The notes beneath the pieces were generated by a model. It was given only the letters and a program-made list of their open reading frames with translations. It was not told the origin of the DNA and did not search any database. Both the position numbers and the translations under genes were made by a program. Positions 61,751-64,000 of a stretch of 64,000 bases of DNA are shown here, piece by piece. Numbering within the stretch: position 1 is the first letter of the stretch; each line of letters begins with the position of its first letter. This DNA comes from Podarcis vaucheri (lineage: Eukaryota): NCBI GenBank assembly GCA_965113315.1, contig OZ220376.1. One strand, given 5' to 3'.

Positions 61751-63088
61751 AATCTTTGGTAAACCGTCAGACCACTATCTCCTCCTTGTGTTTCTCCTGC
61801 ACCGTATTCAAAATGTTATCTCCCTGTACTTGCAACATTTTTCCTCCAGAAAACACACTGTACTACCACTTGTACTGATGCTAAAAAACCACAACATTGC
61901 AAATAGGTGGGGCGGGAGGCAGTGACAGGCAGAGCTAACTCATTCTGGTTTTGCCCCCATCTTCATCTTGCTTGCCTGGCTGGCAGGCAGGGCTACTCCT
62001 GAACGGGGTGAAAATAAGTAAGAAGGCAGGCAGGTGGCAGCTGGCTGAGTCCAGACTGAGGTTGGTGGAGAAGCACCTTTCCCACCCTAATGGAGCAGCC
62101 TCCACTGGCTATGGCGCCATGGCCTCTCTTGTGCAAGCATTTGTAGAACAGCACCAGCAGCAATTTCCCTTCCACTCCTGGATCCAGCATGTTCTGCTAA
62201 AAAATATATATGTGCATCCCTATCTCTTGTCACACACAGAGAGACATTTGCCTTCTGTCCTTGCCATCGTCAATTATTTCTACCCACTTATCACTCCTTC
62301 CAGGTGCAACACAAAAATTAAAAAGACATGTATCTGCCCGCAGATCTGAAGTAACACACTGGGAACATGAATTGGGGAGGAAGATGGTAAATGTGTTGGA
62401 AAACGGCACAGTTAGCTGGTCTCATCCCCCAAGATGTTCAGCAGGACAGATGGGAAAACACCCCTTGGGACCAGAATCTTTCCTGGTGCCTTTCTCTAAT
62501 GCAGGCATGGGGAATCCTTGGCCCTCCAGATGCCACAGAACATCTGTCAGGCTCCTCTGTGTTTATCTTTCATTTTAGGCAATGCTAGTGATGTCTGAAT
62601 GAGACCGAATGGGTGACGGGGAACTCCAGGAACTTCTAAGCTTTTGAACTCTGCTATTCATAGATACAAATTATGAACCAACCAAGTTTTATTTTTAAAA
62701 CCTATCAGAGAACAAGGAAGCATGATAATAAACAGCAGATAATAATTTTGGACCTTCGTAGGTGATGTATAGGGAATGTAGGAAGTTACAATCCACAGAG
62801 AGAGTGTGATTATTTGTCCACCTTCCTCACTGCTGCCTACTCTGATGGACAGTAGCTCTTAGGGGCCTCTGGCTGAGAGAGGTCTTTCCCATCAATTGCT
62901 ACCCAATCCTGTTGAGCTGAAGATACCAGGGGCTGAAGCTGAGACCTGCATGCAGAGCACCACTGCACAAAGGTCCCTCCCCAGAATATGTGAGAGGGGA
63001 AACATCAATCGGTCACAGAGTGCCCAGTTATACCAAACTGCAAAGAGCCCCCACCCCAACTCACAGTCCCCCAAAATAGGAAATCACA

Positions 63089-63567
63089 TGACTGGCAGAA
63101 TCCGAGACCAGGGAGAAGAGTCGGTGGAAGAAGATTGGAAGAAATTTAAAGACTATCTACAGAAATACTGTAAAATTAATGAATGTTAGAATGATGTTGG
63201 AATGAAGTTAAGGGGTTTTTAGCAGCAATGTTATAAGGAGTATGTAAAAATGGACTGTTAACAGATGAGAATATATAGTTATTACATATTAAGACAAAGG
63301 TTTAAGATAAAAACAAAGAGGGAAAGGGTTTGCTGAATTAACTTACTGAACTGAAATACAAAAATGGGGAGGTGTGAGGAGGTCAGGGAAACAAGTGAAT
63401 GAAAGACAAGATATGGAAATATTGATTTGTTTTTAATTGTTTTTACTTTTTCGTATTTTGTACTCTCTTTTTTCTTTTTCTTTTTCTTTTCTTTTTCTTT
63501 TTCTTATTATTACTATTGTAACTTCTTTTTTTATTCCTGAAACTTTAATAAATATCTTATATATAAA
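63089..63567 (+). mobile_element. 5'-truncated L1 LINE
   Basis: ORF2-like end EEDWKKFKDYLQKYCKINEC*, T-rich 3'UTR, AATAAA 63547-63552, A tail, 16-bp TSD AAAATAGGAAATCACA at 63073-63088 and 63568-63583. Confidence 0.85.
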
Positions 63568-64000
63568 AAAATAGGAAATCACAACAAACTCAACACCAAA
63601 ACTCAGAAAAGTCAGAGCCAAACCCCACAGACTGGCCTAAAAATGTACCTATTCAACAACACATCGTGGCATGAAGCAATCATAGCCAAAAAGCAGAGGC
63701 ACATGGACAAAATACAGACACAAAAAACGTGTTGTATCCACACACACCCCTCCCCCCCAGAAAAATGTGTGCACCAACGCCCTTCCCAATACACTCCAAA
63801 CATCACAAATATCCCCCCAAATAGCCATCAGAGTGGAATGGCTAATTTGCTAGTGTAATTTATGTGAACGGGAGCTGGCATAATGATTCTGAATTTCTGC
63901 ATGCATCTGTACGGTTTTCATGGGTCTTCTTGCTTGTACACGACCCAATTCTGCTTATTGCACACGACAGAGGTGTTTCTTAGTATCCAAGAGGGTGTAC

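Overview
Vertebrate genomic DNA from a squamate reptile, most likely a lacertid lizard (inferred from Sauria/POM-type SINEs, Bov-B, L2, CR1 and L1 content). The window holds the 3' halves of two convergent genes. NEO1 (neogenin, + strand) contributes 13 coding exons from the FN4-FN5 linker through FN6, the transmembrane helix and the cytoplasmic P1-P3 region, with its stop at 25159-25161 and a ~3 kb 3'UTR. HCN4 (- strand) contributes its last four coding exons (C-linker, CNBD and the long C-terminus ending in SKLPSNL), with its stop at 40272-40274. All exons have GT-AG boundaries with consistent phases. The rest is intronic or intergenic DNA dense in transposons, many nested and with readable target-site duplications. 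I found no prokaryotic features and no CRISPR array, and most ORFs in the supplied track are spurious. The best leads are: (i) a candidate NOVA/RBFOX-associated alternative acceptor that would make a P3-less neogenin; (ii) an LTR-like dispersed repeat carrying a conserved acidic/Trp...SPRTRRGMKR...RRSLRL reading frame; (iii) a palindrome-core minisatellite and a ~0.9 kb foldback on either side of the 53-aa NEO1 cassette exon; (iv) a triplicated motif and absent mammalian PKA consensus sites in the HCN4 tail. None is proven novel without database searches. Exon numbers are inferred from the mammalian gene models.
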